A program made the translations under genes and the position numbers. A stretch of 64,000 nt of DNA from a bacterium. Its GTDB lineage: Bacteria > SAR324 > NAC60-12. The notes beneath the pieces were generated by a model. It was not told the origin of the DNA, searched no databases, and was given only the letters and a program-made list of their open reading frames with translations. Where the stretch lies: assembly GCA_965209155.1 (NCBI GenBank), contig OZ242383.1:640001-704000 (forward strand), given 5' to 3'. Below are positions 29,469-40,306 of this stretch, in pieces; the first letter of the stretch is position 1, and the number at the start of each line of letters is the position of its first letter.

Positions 29469-32400
29469 ATGTACGAAACCAGACAACCGATCGCGATAAT
29501 CGGCATGGCGTGCCGTTTCCCCGGCGCGCCGGACATCCCCTCGTTCTGGCGCTTGCTGGAAGCGGGTGAGAACGCCGTAATCGAGGGTACCCCGGGTTCG
29601 GGAGCCGGCCGCTTCGGAGAACTCTTCCCCGACGGGGTCGTTTCGAACGAACGCTGCCGTTACGGCGCCTTCGTCAGCGACATCGACCGTTTCGATGAGG
29701 CATTCTTCCGGATTTCACCGGTCGAAGCGCAGTTGCTGGACCCGCAACAGCGCATGATGCTCGAAACGAGCTGGCTGGCCCTGGAGGATGCGGGTATTGC
29801 CCCGGACCGCTTGAAGGGAACCCGCACCGGTGTCTACGCCGGGATCAGCAATGACGAATACCGGATGCTGGTACTGGAATCAGGCAAGCCTGCCGATGCC
29901 GCCTCCTGCCTGTACGCCCTCAGCGGCACCAACCTGAACGGCGCTGCCGGCAGGGTCGCATTCGTGATGGGCCTGATGGGGCCGGTAAAGGCGGTTGACG
30001 CCGCCTGCGCATCGTCCCTGGTTTCCATCCATGATGCCGTGGCCGACCTGCAGCAGGGCAAGGCGAACCTGGCCCTTGCGGGCGGTGTGCAGGCTCTGCT
30101 GAACAGCCGCATCTATGAACTGCGCGCGGATGCGATGATGTTGTCCCCGGAAGGCCAGTGCAAGACCTTCGACGCTTCTGCGGACGGCTACGTACGAGGT
30201 GAAGGCTGCGGCATGGTGGTCCTGAAGCGGCTGAGTGAGGCGGAAACAGACGGCGATCGGATCTGGGGGGTCATCACGGGAGCGGCGGTAAATCACGGCG
30301 GCGCCAGCGCTGGACTCACGGTACCCAACACACCCGCACTCGTCCGGGTAATCGAAGCAGCGCTGGCGCAGGCAGGTCTCCCGGCATCCGAGGTGGATTA
30401 CCTGGAGGCGCACGGAACCGGAACAACCGTGGGCGATCCGATCGAGATCAATGCCGTGGCCGAGGTCTACAGTAAGGAACGCGCAAGCGACCATCCGCTG
30501 CTGACGGGTTCGGTGAAAACCAACATCGGCCACCTGGAGTCGGCTGCCGGTGTCGCCGGCCTGATCAAGGCAGTCCTGGCGATGAAGCGGAGAGTCATCC
30601 CGAAACACCTGCATTTCCACGATCCAAACCCGGCAATCGACTGGGACAACTTGCCTTTGCGGGTGACCTCATCCATGACGGATTGGCCTCGCCATAACGG
30701 GCGGCCGCGCTCGGCCGGCGTTAATTCCTTCGGGATATCCGGGACCAACGCCCATATCGTGCTGGAAGAGTACAGGCCTGCGGATAGCGCATCCGGCGGG
30801 GAACATGATGACGCGGGTTCCACACAGACCGTCGCAGTGTCACTGCCTGCGGCCCTGGCGCACCTTCCCGTTCCGGATTCAGCGTACCACCGGCGCACTT
30901 CCCGGATCCTGCCGCTGTCCGGAAAATCGGAGAACGCGCTGCGGGAACTCGCGCAGAGGTACCTGTTATGGCTTGATGGGAAGGCCCCGGCCTCGCTGTT
31001 GTCCGACATGGCATGGACAGCAGGAGTGGGACGCAGCCATTTCGAATACCGCGCAAGTATCGTTTTCAATGACGCAGGGTCGTTACGGAAACAACTCGGC
31101 GTACTGGCTGAAGAGGGTGAGATAACCAAACCACGGGTCACCAACAGGGTGGCATTTGTCTACACCGGTCAGGGAAGCCAGTGGACGGGCATGGGACAAG
31201 CGCTCTACGAAAGTGAGCCGGTAGCGCGGGCGATCCTGGAGCGTTGTGAGGCGGTGTCCCTGGATGAAAGAGGAACCTCCCTGCTGGATGTGATGTTCGG
31301 GCGGCCCGGGACGGAAGGGAAACTGGATGACACCGCTTGGGAGCAGCCCGCCCTGTTCGCCCTGGAATGCGCGCTGACGGCACTCTGGTCGAGTGTGGGC
31401 GTGCGTCCCGACGTGGTGATGGGGCACAGCGTCGGAGAACTGGCCGCAGCACAGACCGCAGGGGTATTCAGTCTGGAGGACGGGATGCGCTTTGCCTGCG
31501 CACGGGGCATCCTGCTGTCGCAAACCAAACAGGGCGCCATGGCTGCGGTTTTTGCAAAGTCAGACAAGGTGGCGTCCGGGTTACAAGCAGCAAATACAAC
31601 AGTCGACGGAGTCGGTGTCGACATCTCGGCGGATAACGGAACACACCAGGTAATCAGCGGTCCGCTTGCGGCAATCGAAACCATCCTGAAGCGTTTCGAA
31701 GCGGAAGGAATCCGGGTGAGACGACTGAATACGGCCAGGGCATTCCACAGCGCCCTCGTCGAACCGGCCCTGGACCTGCTGGAAGAATCCCTGGGCGGCA
31801 TGGATCTCAGCCCTCCCTCACTGGACCTGGTGAGCAACCTGACAGGCATGACAGTAATGCCGGGTCAAGCGCTGGACGCTTCCTACTGGAGACGTCATGC
31901 CCGGGAACCGGTGGCCTTCGCCTCCGGAGTCCGGACGCTGGCGGATCTCGGTGTGGACCTCGTGGTGGAGATAGGCCCGCATTCGATACTGGCTCCCATG
32001 GCGGTTTCGGCTTGGCCAGAAGCGCCGCAGACACGGACGCCGGTGATACTGTCGAGCCTGCGCAGACCCGGAGGCTCCACCACCTCGGGAAACGGCGGCT
32101 TCCCGGAGGCAGTCGCCGCGGCGTACCAGGCAGGGCTGGCGCTTCGTTTTGAAGGGTTGTTCTCCGGAGAATCCCGCCGCCGGGTATCGTTGCCGGGTTA
32201 TCCTTTCCAACGCCGGCGTCACTGGGTCGAAACGCCCAGGCAACAGCGCAGCGTCGCCGGTCACCCCCTGCTGGGCATCCGCCATGAATCAGCCCATGGA
32301 GAGATCACCTTCGAGACGGAAATATTCCCCTCGGACCCGGTCTGGATGAGCGACCACAGGGTGTTCAAGCGGGTTGTGGCGCCGGGCGCGCTGTACGGCG

Positions 32401-35400
32401 CAATGGCGGCTACGGCAGCCCGGATGGAAGGGAAAGGACCGATCATCCTGGAAGACATGCAGTTGCGCAACCCCCTGGTCTTCGAGGAAACCCGCCAAGA
32501 CGGCGCAGATGAAGAAAGCCGCAGGATGCAGGTGATACTCGAGGCTTCCGAACCGGGAAAGCCGCGCGTGGTCCGGATTTTCAGCCGGAAGAGTGAAGGG
32601 GAATGGACGCTTCACCTGGAAGGCCGGTTGTCGCCGGACTCCCCGAACTCGAATACCGGTACGTGGCTCGATGCGGAAGAGCTGAAGGCTGAACTGTCAC
32701 CGGTAGAAGTGGCGGCCTATTACCGGCACAGGGCCAGTACCGGAGTCGACCTGGGTCCGCACTTCCGCACGCTGGAAAGGGTCTGGTCACGCCCGGGTGA
32801 AGCCCTGGGGGAAGTGTCGATACCGGAATCCTCCGACAAGTCCGGACTGGACATCCACCCACTCGTGCTTGACGGCTGCTTCCAGGTCGTGGGTGCGGCG
32901 CGCAACCTGGCAGGAACCGAAGGCGGGGCCACCTACCTGCCCTTCGCTTGGGAAGGGATGTGGTTGTCGGACAGGCTGCCGGATCGAGTGCTCTGCCACG
33001 TGCGCTTGAATGATGCTTCGCAAAATGCCGAAGCGGACGCGGAGGAAGCTCCCGAGACGCTGGTAGGAGAGTTGAACATTTACGATACGAAGGGGAAGCC
33101 GCTCGGTCGCCTGGGCGGATATACCGTAAAGCGGGCGACACGTACTGCCTTGCTCTCGGCGATAGAAGGGGTGAACGACCTGCTTTACGAGGTGGTATGG
33201 CGCGAGCGAGCCCTCCCTCCGGGAATGACATCCGCGGATTTCTTCCCGGACCCGTCAACCGTCGCAGCCGGTACGCAGTTGTTCGCCGCTTACCTCACCA
33301 ATGCCGGAGTCGACCCGGAAAACAGGAGTATGCTACTGGCGGACCTGGAGCGCTGGTCTCGATCTCGTGCGCTCGCCACTCTCGAAGAACTGGGTTGGCA
33401 ACGCAAACCCGGCGAGATTGTGGACCCGGAGAACCTGCGTCAACGGCTGGATGTGGTACCTGAACACAGCCGCCTCTTCCGCCGCCTGTTCGAAATGCTT
33501 GCCAGGTCGGGCGTGCTGGAGCAGAGCGATGAGGGATTTACAGTGCTCGTGGGACCCGAAGACCCGTTGCCGCAACACATGCCAGGGGATCTCGAGCAGT
33601 TTGCCACCCAAATGACGGAACTCTATTCCCATGGCCTGACCGAGATCGGGTTGTTCCGGCGTTCCGGTTGCGCGTTGGCCGAGGTGCTGCGCGGTCGGGC
33701 GGATCCCCTGACGCTGCTGTTCAGCAGTGGAGAACCGACCGCCGCCGATCTTTACCTGAAGGCACCGGTTGCGCGCGCTGCGAACCGGTTGCTCGGTGAC
33801 GCGGTCCAGGCCCTGGTGGCGGCATTGCCCGAGGGCCGGCGTCTCAGGGTGCTGGAAATCGGTGCCGGCACCGGGTCGGCAACGGCGTCGGTTCTACCGG
33901 AATTGCCGGACGGACAGTTTGATTATACCTATACCGATATATCCGCGGGTTTCTTTGCGGAGGCGGAGACCCGCTTCGGAGACAGGGGCGGCTGCATCGA
34001 GTACCGTCCGCTGGATATCGAAAAAGACCCCGTCGCCCAGGGTTTTGACTCCCACGGCTACGACCTGCTGGTCGCGTCCAACGTCTTGCACGCGACACGC
34101 TACCTGGGAGAGACGCTGGGGCACTGTCTGGACCTCATGGCTCCGGCTGGACAACTGGTGGCGCTGGAGAACCTCAGCGGCCTGGGCTGGATGGACCTGA
34201 CTTTCGGACAACTGGACGGCTGGTGGCGTTTTGCCGATGACTACCGCCCACACCATGCCCTGGCGAACCCGGTGGTGTGGCGTCAGGCGCTCGCTGACGC
34301 CGGTTTTTCGGATGCGGTGGTACTGGGCGTGGACGAGTCCGATTCGGACAGGATACCGGACAAGGGCGTGATCGTGGCCCGTGGTCCGTCGCGGGTAGAA
34401 GAAGTGCCTGGAGCGTGGATTTTGGCGGCGGACAATGGCGGATTGGCGCGACAAATCGCCAACGACCTGGCGGAGCGCAACCAGACAGTGGTACTAGTGG
34501 ACGCTGACGGTCCTGAAACCGGCATCCCGGTGGCGGCCGAACCCGGAGTTTTTCCTGCCGTCGTGGAAACGGAAAAACGCGCAGCGTGGCAGGCCCTGAT
34601 TGAAAGCCTGCCCGACGACTTGTTCTTCAACGGTGTTGCGCATCTTATGGGGCTCGATGGTCACGGAGTACAGGCAACACCCGCTGAAATGGCACAAGAC
34701 GTGAAGCGCGCCGGGGCGAGCGCACTCGCGCTGGTGCAGGGACTATCCGACTCCGGCCTGGCTCCTAACAGGGGTGTCTGGTTCCTCACCAGGGGAGCGC
34801 AGGTCCTGGCGCGGGAGACCGGTGGTGAACTGGCCGGCGCGGCCCTGTGGGGGTTCGGCAAAGCGGTGGCCCGGGAAGTTACGCACCTGCAACCGCGGAT
34901 GTTAGACATGGACCCCGGAGCGACAGCTCCCGTGTCGGACCTGGTCAATGAACTTCTTTATCCCGACGACGAAAATCACGTTGCCTACCGCAACGGCCGC
35001 CGGTGGACTGCGCGCCTGGTGCGGATTGGTGCCGGGAATGGGCGTCTGACCTTCCCGGAAGATGCGGACTGGGTGCTTGCTCCGGACCAGTCTGGCGTGT
35101 TCGATAGACCCTGTGTACAGGCGCTGCCGCCCCGCCCGCTGGAACCCCGGGAAGTGCGCGTCGCCGTCGATGCGGCCGGACTCAACTTCTGGGACGTGTT
35201 CCGTTCGCTCGGCTTCATCGAGGAAGGGCTGCTGGGCAGGGAAATGAGCGGTCGCATCCTTGAAACAGGTGCCGAGGTTTCGAGCGTTTCAGCCGGCGAC
35301 CCTATTATGGGATTGGGTTTCGGCGCGTTCGGTCCGCAAATGATCACGCATGAGGAACTGGTAACGCCCGGCCCGCAGGGCTTCTCCGTCTCCGAACTGG

Positions 35401-37835
35401 CAACGGTGCCGAGCGCGTTCGTGTCGGCTGCGCTGTCCTTCGAAGAATCCGGGCTCAAGGCAGGTGAAGGAGTATTGATCCACGCCGGCGCGGGGGGCGT
35501 CGGTCTGGCGGCCATCCAGTTGGCGCAGTCCGTGGGAGCGGAAGTCTTTGCCACCGCCAGCGCGCCGAAACAGGATTATCTTCGCTCCCTCGGCGTGAAG
35601 CATATCTTTGACAGTCGCACCACCGCATTCGGGAAAGAAATTCTGGAGACAACGGGCGGGGAAGGAGTGCACGTGGTGCTGAACAGCCTGACGGGAGAAG
35701 GATTCATCGATGCCAGCCTCTCCTGCCTGAGACACGAAGGTCGTTTCGTGGAGATGGCCAGGCGGGACATCCTGAGCGAGAAAGAGATGGCGGCAGTGCG
35801 CCCGGACGTGGATTATTTCATCCTGGAACTCGACGTACTCAAAAAGACGGACCCCGCCCGGGTGGGAAGAGTCCTGCGGGATGTGGCGGGGCGGCTTGCG
35901 TCGGGTGAACTCAAACCCATCATCCACAGCCGCTGGCCACTGGCCGAGGCCGGGGATGCGCTCGCGTTCATGCGCTCGGCCCGGCATCTCGGAAAGATCG
36001 TCGTCACCACGCCACCGCTGGCGCATGGTCGGCTGCGTCCGGACCGGACCTACCTGGTGACCGGCGGCCTGGGCGGTATCGGGTGCGCCGTGGCGGGATG
36101 GCTTGCGGAGCACGGGGCGGAATCAATCGTGCTGAACGGGAGGCGCAGCCCGGACGGCGCTGCGAAAGAGCTAATACGGGCGTTGACGGACCGGGGAGTG
36201 GCGGTTCGGGTGGAACTGGCGGACGTGACGGATGCCGGCGCGTTGGACGACATGCTGGCGCGCATCGACCGGGAACTACCTCCCCTGGGCGGGGTGATCC
36301 ATAGCGTGGGTGTGCTGTCGGACGGGGCGCTGACCAACCAGAGTTGGGACAGCTTCGAGGAGGTGCTGTGGCCGAAAATACTGGGAGGTTGGCACCTGCA
36401 TCGCGCTACGGCGCGACTGGACCTGGATTTCTTTATCCTCTTTTCCAGCCGGGTCGGCGTGATGGGCAACCCGGGGCAGGCGAACCACGCCGCGGCCAAC
36501 GCCTTCCTGGATCAACTCGCCGGCCACCGGCGCGCATTGGGGCTGCCGGGACAGGCCATTGCCTGGGGAGCCTGGTCCGACATCGGTGAAGCGGCTGAAC
36601 AGCGGGAACGAATCGACCGTCAACGCACGGCGCTCGGAGGCCGCTGGTTTACCCCGCAACAAGGTCTCGAGGCATTTGACCGGCTGGTGCGGCAGGACCC
36701 CACGAATTCCGTGGTCATGTCCATGGACTGGTCCGTATTCGAAGAGGCCGTGACAGAGCGTCCACCCCTGCTGGAAGACCTGCTGTCCACGGATTCCGAG
36801 ACGGGGACTGCCGACGCGTCTGCGTCGGTCGACCTGATCACCCGCCTGCGGGAAGCGCCCGCAGGCGCGCACGGGGAACTGCTTGCCTCCCTCCTGCAAC
36901 AAGAAGTACAGGCGGTGCTGCGACTGCGGGACACCCCTGACCCCACGGTCGGGTTCTTTGACCTGGGAATGGATTCATTGATGGCAGTGGAACTGCGCAA
37001 CCGGCTGAACAGGGCTTTTTCCGGTAAGTACACGGCATCCAACACCGTAGTGTTCGACTACCCCGATATTTCCACCCTCGCCGGGCACCTGGCCAAAGAA
37101 CTGGGGGAGGCCGACGTTGAGCCTGCTCCCCGGACGCAACCCGAGGCGCAGACGGAGATGAAAGCGGAACCTGCGCATCGAAGTGGAGAAGACGGCATCG
37201 CGATCATCGGCATGGCATGTCGCTTCCCGGGCGCGCCGGATCTCCAGTCCTTCTGGCGCATGCTCGAAGCCGGCGTCGACTCCGTGACGGACGGGCGCCG
37301 GGATTCCGGTTCCTGGGAAGGCGTTGTTGGAGATCCGTCCCAAAGAGACAGCACCTTGAGACGCGGTGGTTTCATCGAGGGGATAGACCTGTTTGATGCC
37401 CGATTCTTCGGGATATCGCCGATCAGCGCACGCGCCACGGACCCGCAACACCGCCTGCTCCTGGAAACCAGCTGGCATGCCCTGGAAGATGCGGGGATTA
37501 ACCCGGACGACCTGAGGGGCAGCAATACCGGCGTGTACGCCGGCGTTGCCTCCAGCGAGTACCGGGAACTGATGCTTGCCGCCGGAAGCAGTACCAGCTA
37601 CGTCGGCACTGCCAACAGTATGGCCGTCGGCGGGGTATCGTTCAAACTGGGTCTTACCGGGCCGGCGGTGCCCGTAGAACTCAATTGCGCATCGTCGCTG
37701 GTCGCTGTACACCATGCACTGACGGCGCTGCGCCAGGGCGAGGTGAACCTGGCTTTGGCCGGTGGGGTGAACACGGTCCTGTCGCCCGGGAAAACACGAG
37801 AAATGGCGGAAATGGGCATGCTCTCGAGTGAATAG
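29469..37835 (+). CDS. Type I PKS (SupA-like): KS-AT-DH-cMT-ER-KR-ACP plus first half of a second KS, ending at an in-frame TAG
   Basis: KS DAACASS/HGTGT/GHLE; AT GHSVG/RAFHS; DH HRVF....AP/LDGCFQ; MT LEIGAGTG; ER IHAGAGGVG; KR TGGLGGIG; ACP LGMDSL; KS2 IIGMACRFPG. Confidence 0.92.
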   Translation: MYETRQPIAIIGMACRFPGAPDIPSFWRLLEAGENAVIEGTPGSGAGRFGELFPDGVVSNERCRYGAFVSDIDRFDEAFFRISPVEAQLLDPQQRMMLETSWLALEDAGIAPDRLKGTRTGVYAGISNDEYRMLVLESGKPADAASCLYALSGTNLNGAAGRVAFVMGLMGPVKAVDAACASSLVSIHDAVADLQQGKANLALAGGVQALLNSRIYELRADAMMLSPEGQCKTFDASADGYVRGEGCGMVVLKRLSEAETDGDRIWGVITGAAVNHGGASAGLTVPNTPALVRVIEAALAQAGLPASEVDYLEAHGTGTTVGDPIEINAVAEVYSKERASDHPLLTGSVKTNIGHLESAAGVAGLIKAVLAMKRRVIPKHLHFHDPNPAIDWDNLPLRVTSSMTDWPRHNGRPRSAGVNSFGISGTNAHIVLEEYRPADSASGGEHDDAGSTQTVAVSLPAALAHLPVPDSAYHRRTSRILPLSGKSENALRELAQRYLLWLDGKAPASLLSDMAWTAGVGRSHFEYRASIVFNDAGSLRKQLGVLAEEGEITKPRVTNRVAFVYTGQGSQWTGMGQALYESEPVARAILERCEAVSLDERGTSLLDVMFGRPGTEGKLDDTAWEQPALFALECALTALWSSVGVRPDVVMGHSVGELAAAQTAGVFSLEDGMRFACARGILLSQTKQGAMAAVFAKSDKVASGLQAANTTVDGVGVDISADNGTHQVISGPLAAIETILKRFEAEGIRVRRLNTARAFHSALVEPALDLLEESLGGMDLSPPSLDLVSNLTGMTVMPGQALDASYWRRHAREPVAFASGVRTLADLGVDLVVEIGPHSILAPMAVSAWPEAPQTRTPVILSSLRRPGGSTTSGNGGFPEAVAAAYQAGLALRFEGLFSGESRRRVSLPGYPFQRRRHWVETPRQQRSVAGHPLLGIRHESAHGEITFETEIFPSDPVWMSDHRVFKRVVAPGALYGAMAATAARMEGKGPIILEDMQLRNPLVFEETRQDGADEESRRMQVILEASEPGKPRVVRIFSRKSEGEWTLHLEGRLSPDSPNSNTGTWLDAEELKAELSPVEVAAYYRHRASTGVDLGPHFRTLERVWSRPGEALGEVSIPESSDKSGLDIHPLVLDGCFQVVGAARNLAGTEGGATYLPFAWEGMWLSDRLPDRVLCHVRLNDASQNAEADAEEAPETLVGELNIYDTKGKPLGRLGGYTVKRATRTALLSAIEGVNDLLYEVVWRERALPPGMTSADFFPDPSTVAAGTQLFAAYLTNAGVDPENRSMLLADLERWSRSRALATLEELGWQRKPGEIVDPENLRQRLDVVPEHSRLFRRLFEMLARSGVLEQSDEGFTVLVGPEDPLPQHMPGDLEQFATQMTELYSHGLTEIGLFRRSGCALAEVLRGRADPLTLLFSSGEPTAADLYLKAPVARAANRLLGDAVQALVAALPEGRRLRVLEIGAGTGSATASVLPELPDGQFDYTYTDISAGFFAEAETRFGDRGGCIEYRPLDIEKDPVAQGFDSHGYDLLVASNVLHATRYLGETLGHCLDLMAPAGQLVALENLSGLGWMDLTFGQLDGWWRFADDYRPHHALANPVVWRQALADAGFSDAVVLGVDESDSDRIPDKGVIVARGPSRVEEVPGAWILAADNGGLARQIANDLAERNQTVVLVDADGPETGIPVAAEPGVFPAVVETEKRAAWQALIESLPDDLFFNGVAHLMGLDGHGVQATPAEMAQDVKRAGASALALVQGLSDSGLAPNRGVWFLTRGAQVLARETGGELAGAALWGFGKAVAREVTHLQPRMLDMDPGATAPVSDLVNELLYPDDENHVAYRNGRRWTARLVRIGAGNGRLTFPEDADWVLAPDQSGVFDRPCVQALPPRPLEPREVRVAVDAAGLNFWDVFRSLGFIEEGLLGREMSGRILETGAEVSSVSAGDPIMGLGFGAFGPQMITHEELVTPGPQGFSVSELATVPSAFVSAALSFEESGLKAGEGVLIHAGAGGVGLAAIQLAQSVGAEVFATASAPKQDYLRSLGVKHIFDSRTTAFGKEILETTGGEGVHVVLNSLTGEGFIDASLSCLRHEGRFVEMARRDILSEKEMAAVRPDVDYFILELDVLKKTDPARVGRVLRDVAGRLASGELKPIIHSRWPLAEAGDALAFMRSARHLGKIVVTTPPLAHGRLRPDRTYLVTGGLGGIGCAVAGWLAEHGAESIVLNGRRSPDGAAKELIRALTDRGVAVRVELADVTDAGALDDMLARIDRELPPLGGVIHSVGVLSDGALTNQSWDSFEEVLWPKILGGWHLHRATARLDLDFFILFSSRVGVMGNPGQANHAAANAFLDQLAGHRRALGLPGQAIAWGAWSDIGEAAEQRERIDRQRTALGGRWFTPQQGLEAFDRLVRQDPTNSVVMSMDWSVFEEAVTERPPLLEDLLSTDSETGTADASASVDLITRLREAPAGAHGELLASLLQQEVQAVLRLRDTPDPTVGFFDLGMDSLMAVELRNRLNRAFSGKYTASNTVVFDYPDISTLAGHLAKELGEADVEPAPRTQPEAQTEMKAEPAHRSGEDGIAIIGMACRFPGAPDLQSFWRMLEAGVDSVTDGRRDSGSWEGVVGDPSQRDSTLRRGGFIEGIDLFDARFFGISPISARATDPQHRLLLETSWHALEDAGINPDDLRGSNTGVYAGVASSEYRELMLAAGSSTSYVGTANSMAVGGVSFKLGLTGPAVPVELNCASSLVAVHHALTALRQGEVNLALAGGVNTVLSPGKTREMAEMGMLSSE

Positions 37836-38957
37836 CGCTGCAAGACCTTCGATGCTTCCGCTGATGGCTTTGCGCGCGGCGAGGGTTGCGGAATGTTGGT
37901 CCTGAAACGCCTTGAACAGGCGCAAGTCGACGGCGACCGCATCCGGGCCGTGGTGCGTGGCGCGGCAGTCAACCAGAACGGGCCGAGCGCCGGGCCGACA
38001 GCGCCGAATGGCCCGGCGCAAGAACGGGTCATTGAAACGGCGCTGGCGCAGTCTGGCATCGAGCCGGCGCAAGTGGACTACCTGGAAGCCCACGGCGCCG
38101 GGTCGGCCCTGGGCGATCCGATCGAGGTGCAGGCGGCGGCATCGGTTTATGGAAACGGGCGGCAGGAGGATAACCCGTTGCTGATCGGCTCAGTAAAAAC
38201 GAATATCGGCCACTTGGAAACGGCCGCCGGAGTTGCCGGAATCATCAAGGTAGTCCTGGCAATGACACGCGGAGTGATACCCAAACAACTGCATTTCCGG
38301 GAGCCGAACCCGAACCTGGAATGGGAGCGCCTCCCGGTACGCGTTGTTTCGGACATGGTTGACTGGCCTCGCCATCCCGGGCGACCTCCCGGGGCGGCTG
38401 TCAGCTCATTCGGAATATCGGGCACGAACGCGCACGTCGTGATCGAGGGATATACGGACCCGCCCGTGACGGAAGAGGAGCAGCGGGACGGGCAGGAGCG
38501 GTTCCTGCCGCTTTCAGGCAAAACCGGTGATGCGCTCAGGGAAATGGCGCAACGTTACCTCTCATGGCTGGACGAACACGCCGGCGAATCCTCGTCCGGC
38601 AACGGCCTTACTCGTGAATTGCTGGCCGACATGGCCTGGACCGCGAGCGTGGGGAGAGCCCATTTTAAGCACCGCAAGGCAATCGTATTCAGGGATGCAA
38701 CGTCATTGCGCGCAGGGCTGGAGTCGCTTGCGCAAACAGACGCGGCGGCGCTGACTCCGGTTGAACCATCAGGCGCGTACCGGCCGTCCGGCAGCGAAGA
38801 CATGGCGGGAAACGGGAATACGTGGGCCCAAGCGGCGGCGCGGGCTTACGAAGTGGGCAAAACGGTTTCTTTTGCCGAACTGTTTGTTGGCGAAAAGCGG
38901 CGCCGCATCCCGTTGCCCGGCTACCCGTTCCAACGCCGGCGTTACTGGATCGAATAA
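37836..38957 (+). pseudogene. In-frame continuation of the PKS after TAG: rest of KS2, KS-AT linker and post-AT linker, no AT
   Basis: Same frame as 29469. RCKTFDASADGFARGEGCG follows the stop directly; then HGAG, GHLE, SSFGISGTNAH, ending LPGYPFQRRRYWIE. Confidence 0.75.
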
Positions 38958-38968
38958 GCGGACAAGCA

Positions 38969-40306
38969 ATGACCGAAAGCCGGACAGGAAGCGGGACGGG
39001 CGTGCGATACCAGCCCGATGAAAATCCTCCCTTGGCGCTTGTCGTAAGCCTCGGCCTGCAACTTGCGGGCCTGAATATCGCCGCGGTGGTGTTGATCCCC
39101 ACGGTGATCGTGCGCGCCGCGGGCGAAACCGAGGCCTACCTGTCCTGGGCCGTGCTCATCTCGGTCATGATCTGCGGCATGACCACGATATTGCAGGCCC
39201 TGCGCTTCAGACGTATCGGATCCGGGCACATCATCGTGATGTGCACTTCAGCGGCCTTCATCCCCGTGTGCATCATGGCGCTCGCGGCAGGCGGCCCCGC
39301 CATGATGGCCACCCTGGTCGTTATCGCGTCCCTGGTCCCGGCAGTGCTGTCCTGGAAGCTGCCGCAGTTCCGGCGCATCCTGACACCGACGGTCTCGGGG
39401 ACGATCATCATGCTGATACCCGTCACGATCTTGCCGGTCGTTTCCCAACTCCTCGGCAGCGCCGTTGATGGCAGCGCTACACCCGGCTCCGCGTTGAGTT
39501 TTCTCATAACGGCGCTGGTCATCAGCGCAATCGCCCTGAAGGCGCCTGCAAGCATGCGCGTGTGGGGGGCGGTTATCGGCGTGGTGACCGGCTCGGTCAT
39601 CGCCGGAATGTTCGGCCTGTACGACATGGACCGCGTTGCCGGCGCCGTCTGGTTTGATATTCCCGAGAACCGCTGGCCGGGTCATGATCTCGATTTCGAG
39701 CCGGCCTTCTGGACTCTGCTCCCCTCATTCCTGCTGGTGGCACTAGTTGCCGGCATCCGAACCATGAGCAGCGCCATTGCCATCCAGCGCGTATCGTGGC
39801 GGGATGAGCGGCCCGTGGATTTCAACGCGGTACAGGGAGCCCTGAACGTGGACGGCCTGGGTAACATGGTCTCCGGGTTGGCGGGTACGGTTCCGGGATC
39901 GGCCATAACGACCAGCGTTTCCATGACCGAACTCAGCGGGGTCGCTGCCCGCTACGTCGGCGTCGCCACCGGGGTGAGCTTTATCATCCTGGCATTCGTA
40001 CCGAAGCTCGTCGCCGTGGTCCTGGCCGTACCGGATTCCGTATTCGCGGGTTACCTGTTCACCATGCTTGCGCTGCTCTTCATGATAGGCATGAAGATGA
40101 TCATCGATGACAACGTGGACACCAGCAAGGGGTTGCTGGTCAGCATCGCCTTCCTGGCCGGCACCGGCTGCCAGTACGGTCTGATCTACCCTGCTTATCT
40201 CGACGAGTTTGCCGGCGGCCTGCTGCGCAACGGCATGAACGTCGGCGGGTTCATCATCATCCTGATGACCCTTATCCTGGAACTGACAAAACACCGTGGT
40301 AAATGA
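38969..40306 (+). CDS. NCS2 xanthine/uracil permease-family transporter (SupE-like)
   Basis: N-terminal RYQPDENPP..LGLQ, TTILQA, many TM helices and DGLGN..SGLAG. Confidence 0.8.
   Translation: MTESRTGSGTGVRYQPDENPPLALVVSLGLQLAGLNIAAVVLIPTVIVRAAGETEAYLSWAVLISVMICGMTTILQALRFRRIGSGHIIVMCTSAAFIPVCIMALAAGGPAMMATLVVIASLVPAVLSWKLPQFRRILTPTVSGTIIMLIPVTILPVVSQLLGSAVDGSATPGSALSFLITALVISAIALKAPASMRVWGAVIGVVTGSVIAGMFGLYDMDRVAGAVWFDIPENRWPGHDLDFEPAFWTLLPSFLLVALVAGIRTMSSAIAIQRVSWRDERPVDFNAVQGALNVDGLGNMVSGLAGTVPGSAITTSVSMTELSGVAARYVGVATGVSFIILAFVPKLVAVVLAVPDSVFAGYLFTMLALLFMIGMKMIIDDNVDTSKGLLVSIAFLAGTGCQYGLIYPAYLDEFAGGLLRNGMNVGGFIIILMTLILELTKHRGK

Noticed and set aside
37833..37895. Genome-wide TAG reassignment, or a PYLIS/SECIS-like hairpin after the amber codon
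   Set aside because: TAG ends pheS, the ACP and the hydrolase normally. The weak downstream pairing lies in conserved KS coding sequence. selA concerns UGA, not UAG.
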